Shown: positions 55,900-64,000 of the stretch, one piece after another | Layout of the letters: every line of letters starts with the position of its first letter | Position numbering within the stretch: the first letter of the stretch is position 1 | Origin: a virus | DNA length: 64,000 bases | Strand: one strand, 5' to 3' | IMG/VR virus record: IMGVR_UViG_3300046318_000171 | Coordinates: 1 to 64,000 of that record | Position numbers and translations under genes: made by a program | Notes under the pieces: model-generated | Database searches by the model: none | What the model saw: only the letters and a program-made list of their open reading frames with translations | What the model was told of the DNA's origin: nothing

Positions 55900-57899
55900 T
55901 ACTTAGCCTCACCCCACTTATCGACAACGTATACCTCGGCCTTTAGTGGGACAGTAATCTGAGACAAGGTAATGCCTTCCATAGAATTACGAATAGCCTC
56001 GGCCACTTCTTCCGCCCTGTCTTCCGGTGCAATAGTTACAAGTTCGTCGTGAACTGTAAGAATAAGATTAACATCAGGCTCGTCAATAAAGCAAGAGTGT
56101 GCACGCACCAAAGCCAACTTCATCAAGTCTGCAGCAGACCCCTGAATCATGGTGTTGAACGCCTGACGCTCTGCACGACCCAACATGCTGAAGTCCTTAG
56201 AGTTCAACTCAGGGATGTAGCGACGGCGACCAAACATCGTCTCAACAAAAGGAATAGGACCAGCCTGCTTAGCCTGACGAATAACCTTTGCCTTGTACTT
56301 CTCAATAGATGCAAACTTCTGCTCAAAACGCTTTAGCAAGTCCTTTGCCTCAGCCAAGGTACACCCGATAGATGACGCAATCTTGTCAGGCCCAACACCA
56401 TACGAGATAGCGAGAACAAGTACCTTACCGGCTTTACGGTCAACGCCCATGGTGTCACCGATAGTCGTGTAAACGTCTCCACCAGTCAGGTAGTTCTCAC
56501 AAAGAACAGGGTCAGCAGAGAACGATGCGATTACTCGTGGCTCAATCTGAGAGTAGTCGGCCACAACCAGTTTGTAGCCAGGAGGAGCTACAAACAGGTT
56601 GCGGACCAACTTGCCGTAATCTCCAGACGAGGGGATGTTCTGGAGGTTTGGTTCTGAAGAAGAGAAACGGCCTGTCTCTGCTCCGTGAGCCTTGAAGTTA
56701 GTGTGAACACGTCCGTTGATAAGCAGAGACTTCTTCTCAGTAATCTTCTCTTTACCATTGGTTGTGCGCTTTACAGAGCCCCCCGTGTAAGGAGTTACGT
56801 AAGTGGTCATGAGCTTGTTCAAGTCCTGGTACTCCAGTAGGGCGTCAACTAGTTCGTCTTTACCACGGTAGTACTCAAGGGCGTCAGCAGACACAGAGAA
56901 GTGCGCAGCAGTTAGGTCAGCGCCGTTCTTCTTAGCCTCTGCTCCCTTAGGGGTCAGCGTGTTCTTAAACTTAGGGTTAGGAGTGATGCGAGCCTTCTTG
57001 CCGTCTTCACCAACAAATAGAAGGTTCTGCTTGGCAGGAACCGAGTTGATAGCGAACGCCTTACCCGCAGCCTTGTAGCAACGAGCCTCGGCGTCCATCT
57101 TGCCCTTCTCGATTTCTTTAGCAAGAATCTCCAAGGCGTCCTGGTCGATGTACGCACCGGCAAGCTCCATGTCGCACAGAGCAGGGAGAACGTCCATCTC
57201 CAACTTCCAAACCTTCTTAAGGTTCCCTACAATCTTTGGCTCGAGTGCCTTGTAGAGTTTCCAAGTTACCTCAGCATCGATGCCCGAGTACTTAGCCACA
57301 TCGCTAAACGAGTGAAGGGCAACGTTCTCTCCAACACCCTTCTCGACTTCAATACCTAGTTCACGCTTGACACACGCAGCAAGACCTAGGTCAAACTTGT
57401 TGAGGTTGTTTACAATGAACGCTGCCATAAGCGTGTCGAAGTGTGGCTTAGGTGGGACTGTGCCACCGTAGTACTTAGCAATTGACTTGAGGTCGAACTT
57501 TGCGTTGTGGGCAACCTTTAGGGCAGAACCAAACATGATTGGCTTGATTGCGTCAAACACCTGGCGTGGGGTCAACTGTGCAGGAGCCTCGCCAAACTTA
57601 GCGGTCCACTTGCGCTGGTCCTTTGAGTAGTGGCTCTCTAGTAGCGGCTTGCCTTCAGCAAGACGGCGCTGGCCAGCAAGCATAAGTGGCTTGTCATACC
57701 CCACTAGTTCACCGTTAGGGTGACCCATAGGGATAACGTCGGTGCGGCCATCGGTCGCAAATGAAATCCAGCATACGTCATTGATAACTGGGTATAGACG
57801 GTCTTCGCCAATGGTCTCTGTGTCCCATGCGAACGCATCTACTTTTGAATAAAAGTCTACGAACTCTTTTAACTGTTCTGGTGTTGTGATTATGTTCAT
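55899..57899 (-). CDS. polA: Family A DNA polymerase (3'-5' exonuclease + polymerase)
   Basis: 'DTET', 'HNAKFD', 'TGRFSSSEPNLQNIP', 'ADYSQIE', 'R..GK....AISYG', 'QGSAAD', 'VHDE'. Confidence 0.95.
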   Translation of the reverse strand: MNIITTPEQLKEFVDFYSKVDAFAWDTETIGEDRLYPVINDVCWISFATDGRTDVIPMGHPNGELVGYDKPLMLAGQRRLAEGKPLLESHYSKDQRKWTAKFGEAPAQLTPRQVFDAIKPIMFGSALKVAHNAKFDLKSIAKYYGGTVPPKPHFDTLMAAFIVNNLNKFDLGLAACVKRELGIEVEKGVGENVALHSFSDVAKYSGIDAEVTWKLYKALEPKIVGNLKKVWKLEMDVLPALCDMELAGAYIDQDALEILAKEIEKGKMDAEARCYKAAGKAFAINSVPAKQNLLFVGEDGKKARITPNPKFKNTLTPKGAEAKKNGADLTAAHFSVSADALEYYRGKDELVDALLEYQDLNKLMTTYVTPYTGGSVKRTTNGKEKITEKKSLLINGRVHTNFKAHGAETGRFSSSEPNLQNIPSSGDYGKLVRNLFVAPPGYKLVVADYSQIEPRVIASFSADPVLCENYLTGGDVYTTIGDTMGVDRKAGKVLVLAISYGVGPDKIASSIGCTLAEAKDLLKRFEQKFASIEKYKAKVIRQAKQAGPIPFVETMFGRRRYIPELNSKDFSMLGRAERQAFNTMIQGSAADLMKLALVRAHSCFIDEPDVNLILTVHDELVTIAPEDRAEEVAEAIRNSMEGITLSQITVPLKAEVYVVDKWGEAK

Positions 57900-57962
57900 G
57901 TTTGCCCTAAAGAAGATTATAGGGGGCTGAGGTACAAAACCCCAGCCCCCTTGGTGAGAGGA

Positions 57963-58613
57963 TTAAGCGACTAGTGCACGAGCAACGTCAAGCAACTCTT
58001 CACGAGGGCTGATGTAAATTGCTTTGGTGTCGTACTTAACAGCCTTGGCCGCAACAGCGTCAAGGTCGTCCGCATCCAACTCCCACTCTTCAGCAAGGTC
58101 TGTGGCACGTACACGCTCAAGGGTGTACTGAGTGTCACGGCCCATGCCTAGACGTGATACTGACCAGTAGTACTTGGTCAATGGTCCACGACGAGGGTCA
58201 TCGCTGGCAGCCTGTAGCTGGCGTGCCATGGTAATAGGTACAGTCATAATCTGTACTTCAGGGGTTCCATCCGAGAAACCTAGGATGTTAAACGCAAAAC
58301 GAGCACGAGGCTTGTCTCCTGCAATGGTGCATAGAGGGCACTCGTCACCTAGACAGACGAAAGACTTGCGGCCTTCACGGTCAATCCAGTGCTGTTCGTA
58401 AACCATAAATGGTGCGTCGTCAAGGAAACGTACTAGCTGTGCCTGGTCCGAGAACTTAAAGTCGGTGGCGTAAGCGTTGCTCTTTTCCTTTGGCTTTAGG
58501 AACGCAGATGCTGCTTCCCATCCAGCCTGTACTGTGGTGCCGTGCTTTGGCTTGGCATCTACGCTGTCTTCAGTAAGGTACTGGTCAGCATCAATAGTTG
58601 GGTTAGTAACCAT
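57963..58613 (-). CDS. Phage (gp32-like) ssDNA-binding protein
   Basis: 'VRFLD', 'QHW', 'FVCL...CPLC'; adjacent to the polymerase. Confidence 0.65.
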   Translation of the reverse strand: MVTNPTIDADQYLTEDSVDAKPKHGTTVQAGWEAASAFLKPKEKSNAYATDFKFSDQAQLVRFLDDAPFMVYEQHWIDREGRKSFVCLGDECPLCTIAGDKPRARFAFNILGFSDGTPEVQIMTVPITMARQLQAASDDPRRGPLTKYYWSVSRLGMGRDTQYTLERVRATDLAEEWELDADDLDAVAAKAVKYDTKAIYISPREELLDVARALVA

Positions 58614-58664
58614 GGTGTTTGTTTCTTTCTAATCGGCCTTATCGGCATTTTGTCGGGGAGTCGG

Positions 58665-59138
58665 TTAACTCCCGGTTTCTTCCTTCCATCGGCGAACTAA
58701 CGCCTCTGTGAGGTCTTCATGCTTTTTCCACTCTACACGAGCAGAGCCAAGAAGTCTACGACGTGCAAACTCCTCGATAGCAATCTCAATGAGCTTTCGT
58801 GTGTAAACACGATTACCTAATACCTTTTTACCGTTTAAACTCTTAGAGCGCAAGCGGTATGGAGCGTTAGGTATGTAGCCTTTTTTCTCCCATAGTCTAA
58901 TAGTGACAATCTCTTTTTCCAAGGCCGCTGAAAGAGCGCCGATGGTAAACAGTTCTGTCTCTACTCCTTTGAGAGTTTTGATGATTGGGTCTGCGTCCCA
59001 ACCGTTTGATTCTCCAATCGCTTTCTTCTTGCGTTTCTCAGAAAGCTCTGAAGGCTCACGGCGTGGCTGCTTAGACCCAGGTGCACGGTCTAGTCCCTCA
59101 AATGACTTGAGGATATCAGCTTCGCCACGAATAACCAT
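58665..59138 (-). CDS. MerR-like HTH DNA-binding protein
   Basis: 'FTIGALS.AL....TIRLWEKKGYIP...R.YT'. Confidence 0.75.
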   Translation of the reverse strand: MVIRGEADILKSFEGLDRAPGSKQPRREPSELSEKRKKKAIGESNGWDADPIIKTLKGVETELFTIGALSAALEKEIVTIRLWEKKGYIPNAPYRLRSKSLNGKKVLGNRVYTRKLIEIAIEEFARRRLLGSARVEWKKHEDLTEALVRRWKEETGS

Positions 59139-59139
59139 T

Positions 59140-59586
59140 TTAACTCTTCAGTGTTCTTAGTGCCCAGACTACGTTACTAGGGAACATCTCGTCAAGCTGT
59201 TCCTCAGTAATCTTACCTTCGTAGAAAGCAGCCATCAACTTATCTTCGTCTAGAACAGGAGTCATTACAAAAATTTCGTCCTTAAGTCCTAGCTCAGAAA
59301 GAATCTCGTCTGCCTTAGGCTCGTTGAGTTTACGAGTGACACGGCGCTGCTTTTCCAAACGCACAATGCCGTCAATGTCAGAACCGAGTTCAAGCTGAAC
59401 GTTGCCTCTGTCATCTTCGTAACCATCTTCATCTAGATGGGCAAATAGTTTATCACGGAGCTCCTTTGAGCGGGTCTCCATCTGGTCAATGTTTTTCTTG
59501 ACATACAGGTACTCTTTTACCTGCCCGGCGATGTCGTCAGGGTTTAGAACAATGTCACGCAGTTCTTCTTCAATTCTTTTTGCCAT
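59140..59586 (-). CDS. Hypothetical protein
   Basis: 148 aa, GGAGG RBS. Confidence 0.6.
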   Translation of the reverse strand: MAKRIEEELRDIVLNPDDIAGQVKEYLYVKKNIDQMETRSKELRDKLFAHLDEDGYEDDRGNVQLELGSDIDGIVRLEKQRRVTRKLNEPKADEILSELGLKDEIFVMTPVLDEDKLMAAFYEGKITEEQLDEMFPSNVVWALRTLKS

Positions 59587-59595
59587 TAGGCCCTC

Positions 59596-61161
59596 CTAAT
59601 TTGATTTGCTAAGGAAGTCTATCAAACTTCCAACAGTAAGGTCAACCCCACCTTTTTCGTTGATACCAGCACCATCTAGGATGGCTCCGGCGATGTCGCT
59701 CTTCTGTTTCAACATATCGTACTGGCGTTGCTCAATGGAGTCAAGTACCAGTATGTCTTGGATTGTGATGCTTGGCCAGGTGCTAGAGGCCCTGTTAATT
59801 CTGCCGTTGCGCTGCACTGCAAGCCCGGCGCTCCAAGGTTGGTCGTAGTTTACAAGGAGGTTCGCTTGAGGTAGGTCAACACCATAACCACCAGCGTCAC
59901 TGCTAACCAGAACACGGCAAGTTGGGCTCGTTTGGAAAGTGACTTTAGCTTCTTCTTTTTGTTTTGCATTCATTTCTCCCGTATACCCAACCGCCATGTA
60001 TCCAGCGTTCTCCAGGTTAGCGACAATGTCCCATACTGAAGTAACGTAACTAGAGAATACCACGGCTTTGTAGCTTGGGTCGATGTCAAGATGGTCTTTT
60101 AGATAATCAATTAGAGTGTCACGCTTTGGGGCCTTAGTTAGTTCGTGAACCTTATCCGCCAAAGAATGGATGTAAGCACTGCCTTTTCCGTTGTGAGCCT
60201 CAAAGTTGCTGACGCTTTCTACCAGCGTAGAGAACCCCGAGCACAGCATTCGCATTGCGCCAATCCTTGACATGATTTGCCCCCGCAGTTCATTTGCCGG
60301 GTCTCCTGGGTCGTACTGTTGGCCGTAGTGTGACGCCACATTAAACGATGAACCAAACATATCACGAGCCTCCGACAAAACAGTCTTTAGGTCTTCAGCG
60401 ATTAGGTTGTAAAGTTTTTGAGACTTGCTGTCTAGCTTTACCAACAAAGGTTCACGGTAGATGGCGTCAGGAAGGTACGGCTTAACGTCGTCGTCTTTTT
60501 GAGACTTACGTACCGAAAAAGCTTGGAGCTTTGTGTGCAACAGTTCAAGGTTGCGGTAACGTTGGACTCCGCCAAAGTAGTTGCGGACTATGAACGTTTT
60601 GTCAAAGATGTCGAAGCGCCCAAGAACTTGAGAGTTGACGAACTGCATGATGGAGAAAATCTCCTCAGGCTTTCCGTTCTCTATCGGTGTTCCTGTGAGT
60701 GCAAATCTGATAGGTATTCTTTTTGCAATCTCTTTAACTCTTTTAGCTCGCTTAGCCTTGAATCCCTTGATAGCCGTAGCTTCATCACAAATGATTGCAC
60801 TAAACGCAAAAGTTTTAATAGTATCCCAGTCATTTACAACCTGTTCGTAGTTCATGATTACGTAGTCGTAATCGGTGTGTGTGTCGTATTGCGCTTGACG
60901 TTGCTTAGGGGTTCCGTCAATAACTATGGCGGTGGAGTCGCTAAACTTAGCAACTTCCTTTTGCCATTGGTATTTCAAACTAGAAAGGCACAGTACTAGA
61001 ACGGTGTTCTTTACTTGCCCTGCGTCTCTCAGTGTTTCTACTGCAGCAATGGTCATAGGGGTTTTGCCCAAGCCCATTTCGTAAGCCACAAGGATGGTCT
61101 GTGTTTTGACCATCTTTGCTACTGCTTCTTCTTGGTACGGTTTTAGTGTTCCCTTAAACAT
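59596..61161 (-). CDS. SNF2-family helicase
   Basis: 'LKPYQ', 'MGLGKT', 'DEAT', 'LTGTPIEN', 'G.DL..A', 'QRNGRI.R'; start M-FKG at 61161. Confidence 0.9.
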   Translation of the reverse strand: MFKGTLKPYQEEAVAKMVKTQTILVAYEMGLGKTPMTIAAVETLRDAGQVKNTVLVLCLSSLKYQWQKEVAKFSDSTAIVIDGTPKQRQAQYDTHTDYDYVIMNYEQVVNDWDTIKTFAFSAIICDEATAIKGFKAKRAKRVKEIAKRIPIRFALTGTPIENGKPEEIFSIMQFVNSQVLGRFDIFDKTFIVRNYFGGVQRYRNLELLHTKLQAFSVRKSQKDDDVKPYLPDAIYREPLLVKLDSKSQKLYNLIAEDLKTVLSEARDMFGSSFNVASHYGQQYDPGDPANELRGQIMSRIGAMRMLCSGFSTLVESVSNFEAHNGKGSAYIHSLADKVHELTKAPKRDTLIDYLKDHLDIDPSYKAVVFSSYVTSVWDIVANLENAGYMAVGYTGEMNAKQKEEAKVTFQTSPTCRVLVSSDAGGYGVDLPQANLLVNYDQPWSAGLAVQRNGRINRASSTWPSITIQDILVLDSIEQRQYDMLKQKSDIAGAILDGAGINEKGGVDLTVGSLIDFLSKSN

Positions 61162-62122
61162 ACGCCTTTTCACCGAGTACTGACGACTTTGCATTCTGGA
61201 TTCCCCATGCAATCTCGTCATCGGTGAGGTCGCCTGGGTCTTTCTTCCCAGTACTACCATAGTTGAAATACGAGAGGTTTAGGCCGTATTTACGGGCAAA
61301 CTCCAGCATTTCTTTAGAAGCTTTCTTACCGGCGGTGTCGTTGTCGAAGGCAGCGATGATACGGTCAGAATAACGCAGCAACCTAATCTGCTCTGTGCTC
61401 GGTGACGAACCACAGATTGCCACGGCGCTCTTGACCCCTGCGCTAAACAGCCGTAGGCAGTCCAAGGGGGACTCTACAACCACAACTAGGTCTTCCTGCT
61501 GGTTATCTAGTCCAAAGAGCGTCTTGGACTTCTGAAGGCCTGTAGGACGGTTAAAAAAGGTTCGCTGCAGAGTACCCTTCTCCTGCCAGCCCATCAACTC
61601 GTTAAAGTGCGGCTCACGTAGCGGCAGAATCCAGTTGGCCTTCTTTGGGTCCCACATAACGTGGTACGCCTTGGCAGCCTCAGCGGTAATGTTCCTGCCG
61701 TCTAAAGCCTCCTGAGGTGGCTCCGTAAAAAGCACCAGACGAGCCTCAGACATAGGAACAGGCTTTGGGTATGACTCCACATAGTTTGGTAGGGCCCGAA
61801 CAATCTCCATAAGCTTCTCTGGGGAGACCTCAATCTTCCCAGCCAGCCATTCTTCCGCAGCACGGTAGGCGTACACCACACCAGTAGATGTCTTGGTGTA
61901 GAACTGCATGACATCGCAGACTAGGTGGAGGATGTTCCCCTTGTAGCCACAAGAAAAGCAGATGTGCATTCCAGACTCAAGGTTTATCCACCAAGATGGG
62001 GAGTGGTCTTCCCTACCTGTACGAGCAAAGTGCGCAGGGCACAATGAGTTTGCCTCAAGAGAACGCACGTCATACTCTAGACCTAGGTTCTCAAGAACCT
62101 CTTCGACATTAAACTGACGCAT
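61154..62122 (-). CDS. DNA primase (zinc finger + TOPRIM)
   Basis: 'CPAH....D.SPS...CFSC', 'VVES..D', 'FDND.AG', 'KDPGD'. Confidence 0.9.
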   Translation of the reverse strand: MRQFNVEEVLENLGLEYDVRSLEANSLCPAHFARTGREDHSPSWWINLESGMHICFSCGYKGNILHLVCDVMQFYTKTSTGVVYAYRAAEEWLAGKIEVSPEKLMEIVRALPNYVESYPKPVPMSEARLVLFTEPPQEALDGRNITAEAAKAYHVMWDPKKANWILPLREPHFNELMGWQEKGTLQRTFFNRPTGLQKSKTLFGLDNQQEDLVVVVESPLDCLRLFSAGVKSAVAICGSSPSTEQIRLLRYSDRIIAAFDNDTAGKKASKEMLEFARKYGLNLSYFNYGSTGKKDPGDLTDDEIAWGIQNAKSSVLGEKAYV

Positions 62123-63369
62123 TAGTTACCAAACGGACTGCAGAACTTGCAACCAACCTGCTTTGATTCGTCGTGGAAACAACCAGTGTCCCAACGCCAA
62201 GTAATCGAGGTCTCTGATGGGGGGCAGTTACGTGCCTGAACAACCTTAAGCAAACGAATCTCGTCGTCTTCTTCTACCGGCTCAAGACCAAGGATTACGT
62301 CAGAGTCCTGAAAGAATGATGACGAGTAACCGATTGAGTCTGCCGACACCTTGCCACCCTTCATCTTCCAAAGAAGAGTCTGGGTAGAGATAACGATTGG
62401 GATGTTCAACTTCTGTGCCACACGCTTTAGACCACGAGTGATGTTAGTCAAAGCCTGTGGAGTGTTGGCCTCACCAGTCACCTGGTCAAGCATCAAGTAC
62501 ACACCATCTACAAACAAGATGTCAGGGTTCAACTGCTCGGCCTTGGCCATCAACGAGTCGATAGTCAAACCGTTCACCGCATCCACTAGGTGGAAAGGCT
62601 TCTCGGTCTTAAGGTCGTCAAGGCGCTTTAGCAAACGGTCTTCTTCGGCTGTCTGCAACTTGCCTCGACGGAAACGAGCGTTTGAGATGTGGGAACTCAA
62701 CGATAAATAACGCTGTGTCTGCTCGTGGTTGTTCATCTCAAACGACTGGAACATAGGCACTAGGCCTGCGGCGTGAACGTTCTCCGCCATCTGCAAACAA
62801 ATCTGAGACTTACCCGTCTTAGGTGGGGCGATAACAGTAACTAACTGCCCACCCTGCAAACCTGCGGTTGCCTCGTCGATTTTCTCAAAGCCTGTAGGGA
62901 CACCCAGCAACTTGCTGTTCTGCACGTCCTGATACTCGTCCCAGAACTTGTCTGGGTTAGCGGTAACGTCAACGTGGGTGGTGCCAATGATGCCCTGGTC
63001 GTTGACGATAGTGACCGTCTTAGACATCTCGTTTAGGGCACCGTCGTGGTCGTTCATCTCAACCTTGGAGATAACCTGCTCGATACCGTTACGGGTCAGG
63101 GTGCGACGGCGGTAAGCCACCATCGTGTCAATCAGGTACTCAATCGCATCTTCTACGTTAAGTACTTTAAAGTTAGGGAAGTTGTCCACCACAGTGACTG
63201 CGGTCGGAACCTCACGGTAGTTGGCGTAGTGCTCACGAACGAACTTCCACACTCGGCGGAGGTCGTCGTCTACAATCCAGTCGTCCTTGATGCCACGCTC
63301 AAGAACAGGAATGATGTTGCGGTCAGCAATCACCTTACTGACTAAGCGGTACTCGTTATCGTATGCCAT
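62122..63369 (-). CDS. dnaB: DnaB-like replicative helicase
   Basis: 'PTGF..ID..T.G', 'APPKTGKS', 'SFEM', 'FVDG', 'QDSD'. Confidence 0.9.
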   Translation of the reverse strand: MAYDNEYRLVSKVIADRNIIPVLERGIKDDWIVDDDLRRVWKFVREHYANYREVPTAVTVVDNFPNFKVLNVEDAIEYLIDTMVAYRRRTLTRNGIEQVISKVEMNDHDGALNEMSKTVTIVNDQGIIGTTHVDVTANPDKFWDEYQDVQNSKLLGVPTGFEKIDEATAGLQGGQLVTVIAPPKTGKSQICLQMAENVHAAGLVPMFQSFEMNNHEQTQRYLSLSSHISNARFRRGKLQTAEEDRLLKRLDDLKTEKPFHLVDAVNGLTIDSLMAKAEQLNPDILFVDGVYLMLDQVTGEANTPQALTNITRGLKRVAQKLNIPIVISTQTLLWKMKGGKVSADSIGYSSSFFQDSDVILGLEPVEEDDEIRLLKVVQARNCPPSETSITWRWDTGCFHDESKQVGCKFCSPFGN

Positions 63370-63386
63370 GTTTGCCCTCTGTTGTT

Positions 63387-63803
63387 CTACAAGTTCTCTA
63401 GTTCGATTCCAGCGGAACCGTACCTAGCAACTCTTTCTCTTAAATCTATTACGCCCTTCAGGTTGGTCCTGTAAGGCAGTTCACCAATGAAGTCATCAAT
63501 GTCGGTGTAAAGCTCAGCGTAGTTGAAGGGGTTACCTCCACGACGCTCCAGTTTATCCATTATCTTATCTAGCAGTTCTTCTGTCCAGAGCTCGTTAGCA
63601 AAACCCGCTAACTCAACTGAAAGACCGAACTTGGAAGCGATGTTCCATAGGTGTGATAGTGCTGGGTTGTTGAGGCCGCTAAACACACGTTCCTGGCTAG
63701 TACGCATCATTTTGCGACTGTCCTGGACGTAAGTCTCGGCCACAACATCCACCACCACGATAATACGTGGAGATGTCTCGTTAGAAATATCTCCGTTAAG
63801 CAT
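63387..63803 (-). CDS. Hypothetical protein
   Basis: 138 aa ORF upstream of the helicase. Confidence 0.6.
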   Translation of the reverse strand: MLNGDISNETSPRIIVVVDVVAETYVQDSRKMMRTSQERVFSGLNNPALSHLWNIASKFGLSVELAGFANELWTEELLDKIMDKLERRGGNPFNYAELYTDIDDFIGELPYRTNLKGVIDLRERVARYGSAGIELENL

Positions 63804-64000
63804 TAAAGGACTTCTACCTCACCGTGCTGAATAACAAACGCACGCCACTTAGTAGGGTCCGCCATTGCAGTGATAGCCTCGTCGTCCTCTACATCTTCCG
63901 GTATCTGAACGGTGTAGTGACCGCCACCTTCATCCATACGCTCTCTCACAAACTTGGTGTGGCGGCACTTTGCGGTGACACCAAACGCCTTGCAAGAACA

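Overview
A 64 kb segment of a lytic dsDNA tailed phage. Its host is probably an actinobacterium, most likely a freshwater Microbacteriaceae type, judging from the two WhiB genes, a Microbacteriaceae-like SSB and an apparently leaderless promoter. 1-23.4 kb (- strand): virion and lysis genes (Cys-rich fibre tip, collagen-like fibre, N4-gp56-type major capsid, scaffold, portal, terminase, holin, M23 endolysin), plus NlpC/P60, thioredoxin, tRNA-Asn and Hsp20. 23.5-35.6 kb (+ strand): a divergent, probably early region with many small acidic ORFs, an amidoligase + class II glutamine amidotransferase pair, SSB, a HicA-like gene and WhiB. 35.6-64 kb (- strand): class II ribonucleotide reductase, a TGT-like/HAD/nucleotidyltransferase trio, a block of unassigned basic proteins, SpoVS, and a recombination/replication module (RuvC, Cas4-like nuclease, WhiB, RecA, PolA, SSB, SNF2 helicase, primase, DnaB). 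The most striking signals are non-coding: (i) a complete type II hammerhead ribozyme (26209-26268) just upstream of the amidoligase/GATase operon; (ii) two mini-tRNA-like elements flanking the first early gene; (iii) hairpins with anti-Shine-Dalgarno loops, including a tRNA leader that displays the 16S rRNA 3' end sequence ACCUCCUUUCU; (iv) a 13-mer SCCRACACAAACA seen 8 times plus one near-match, in different reading frames and pointing away from the ~23.5 kb divergence point. All calls were made by eye, without database searches.
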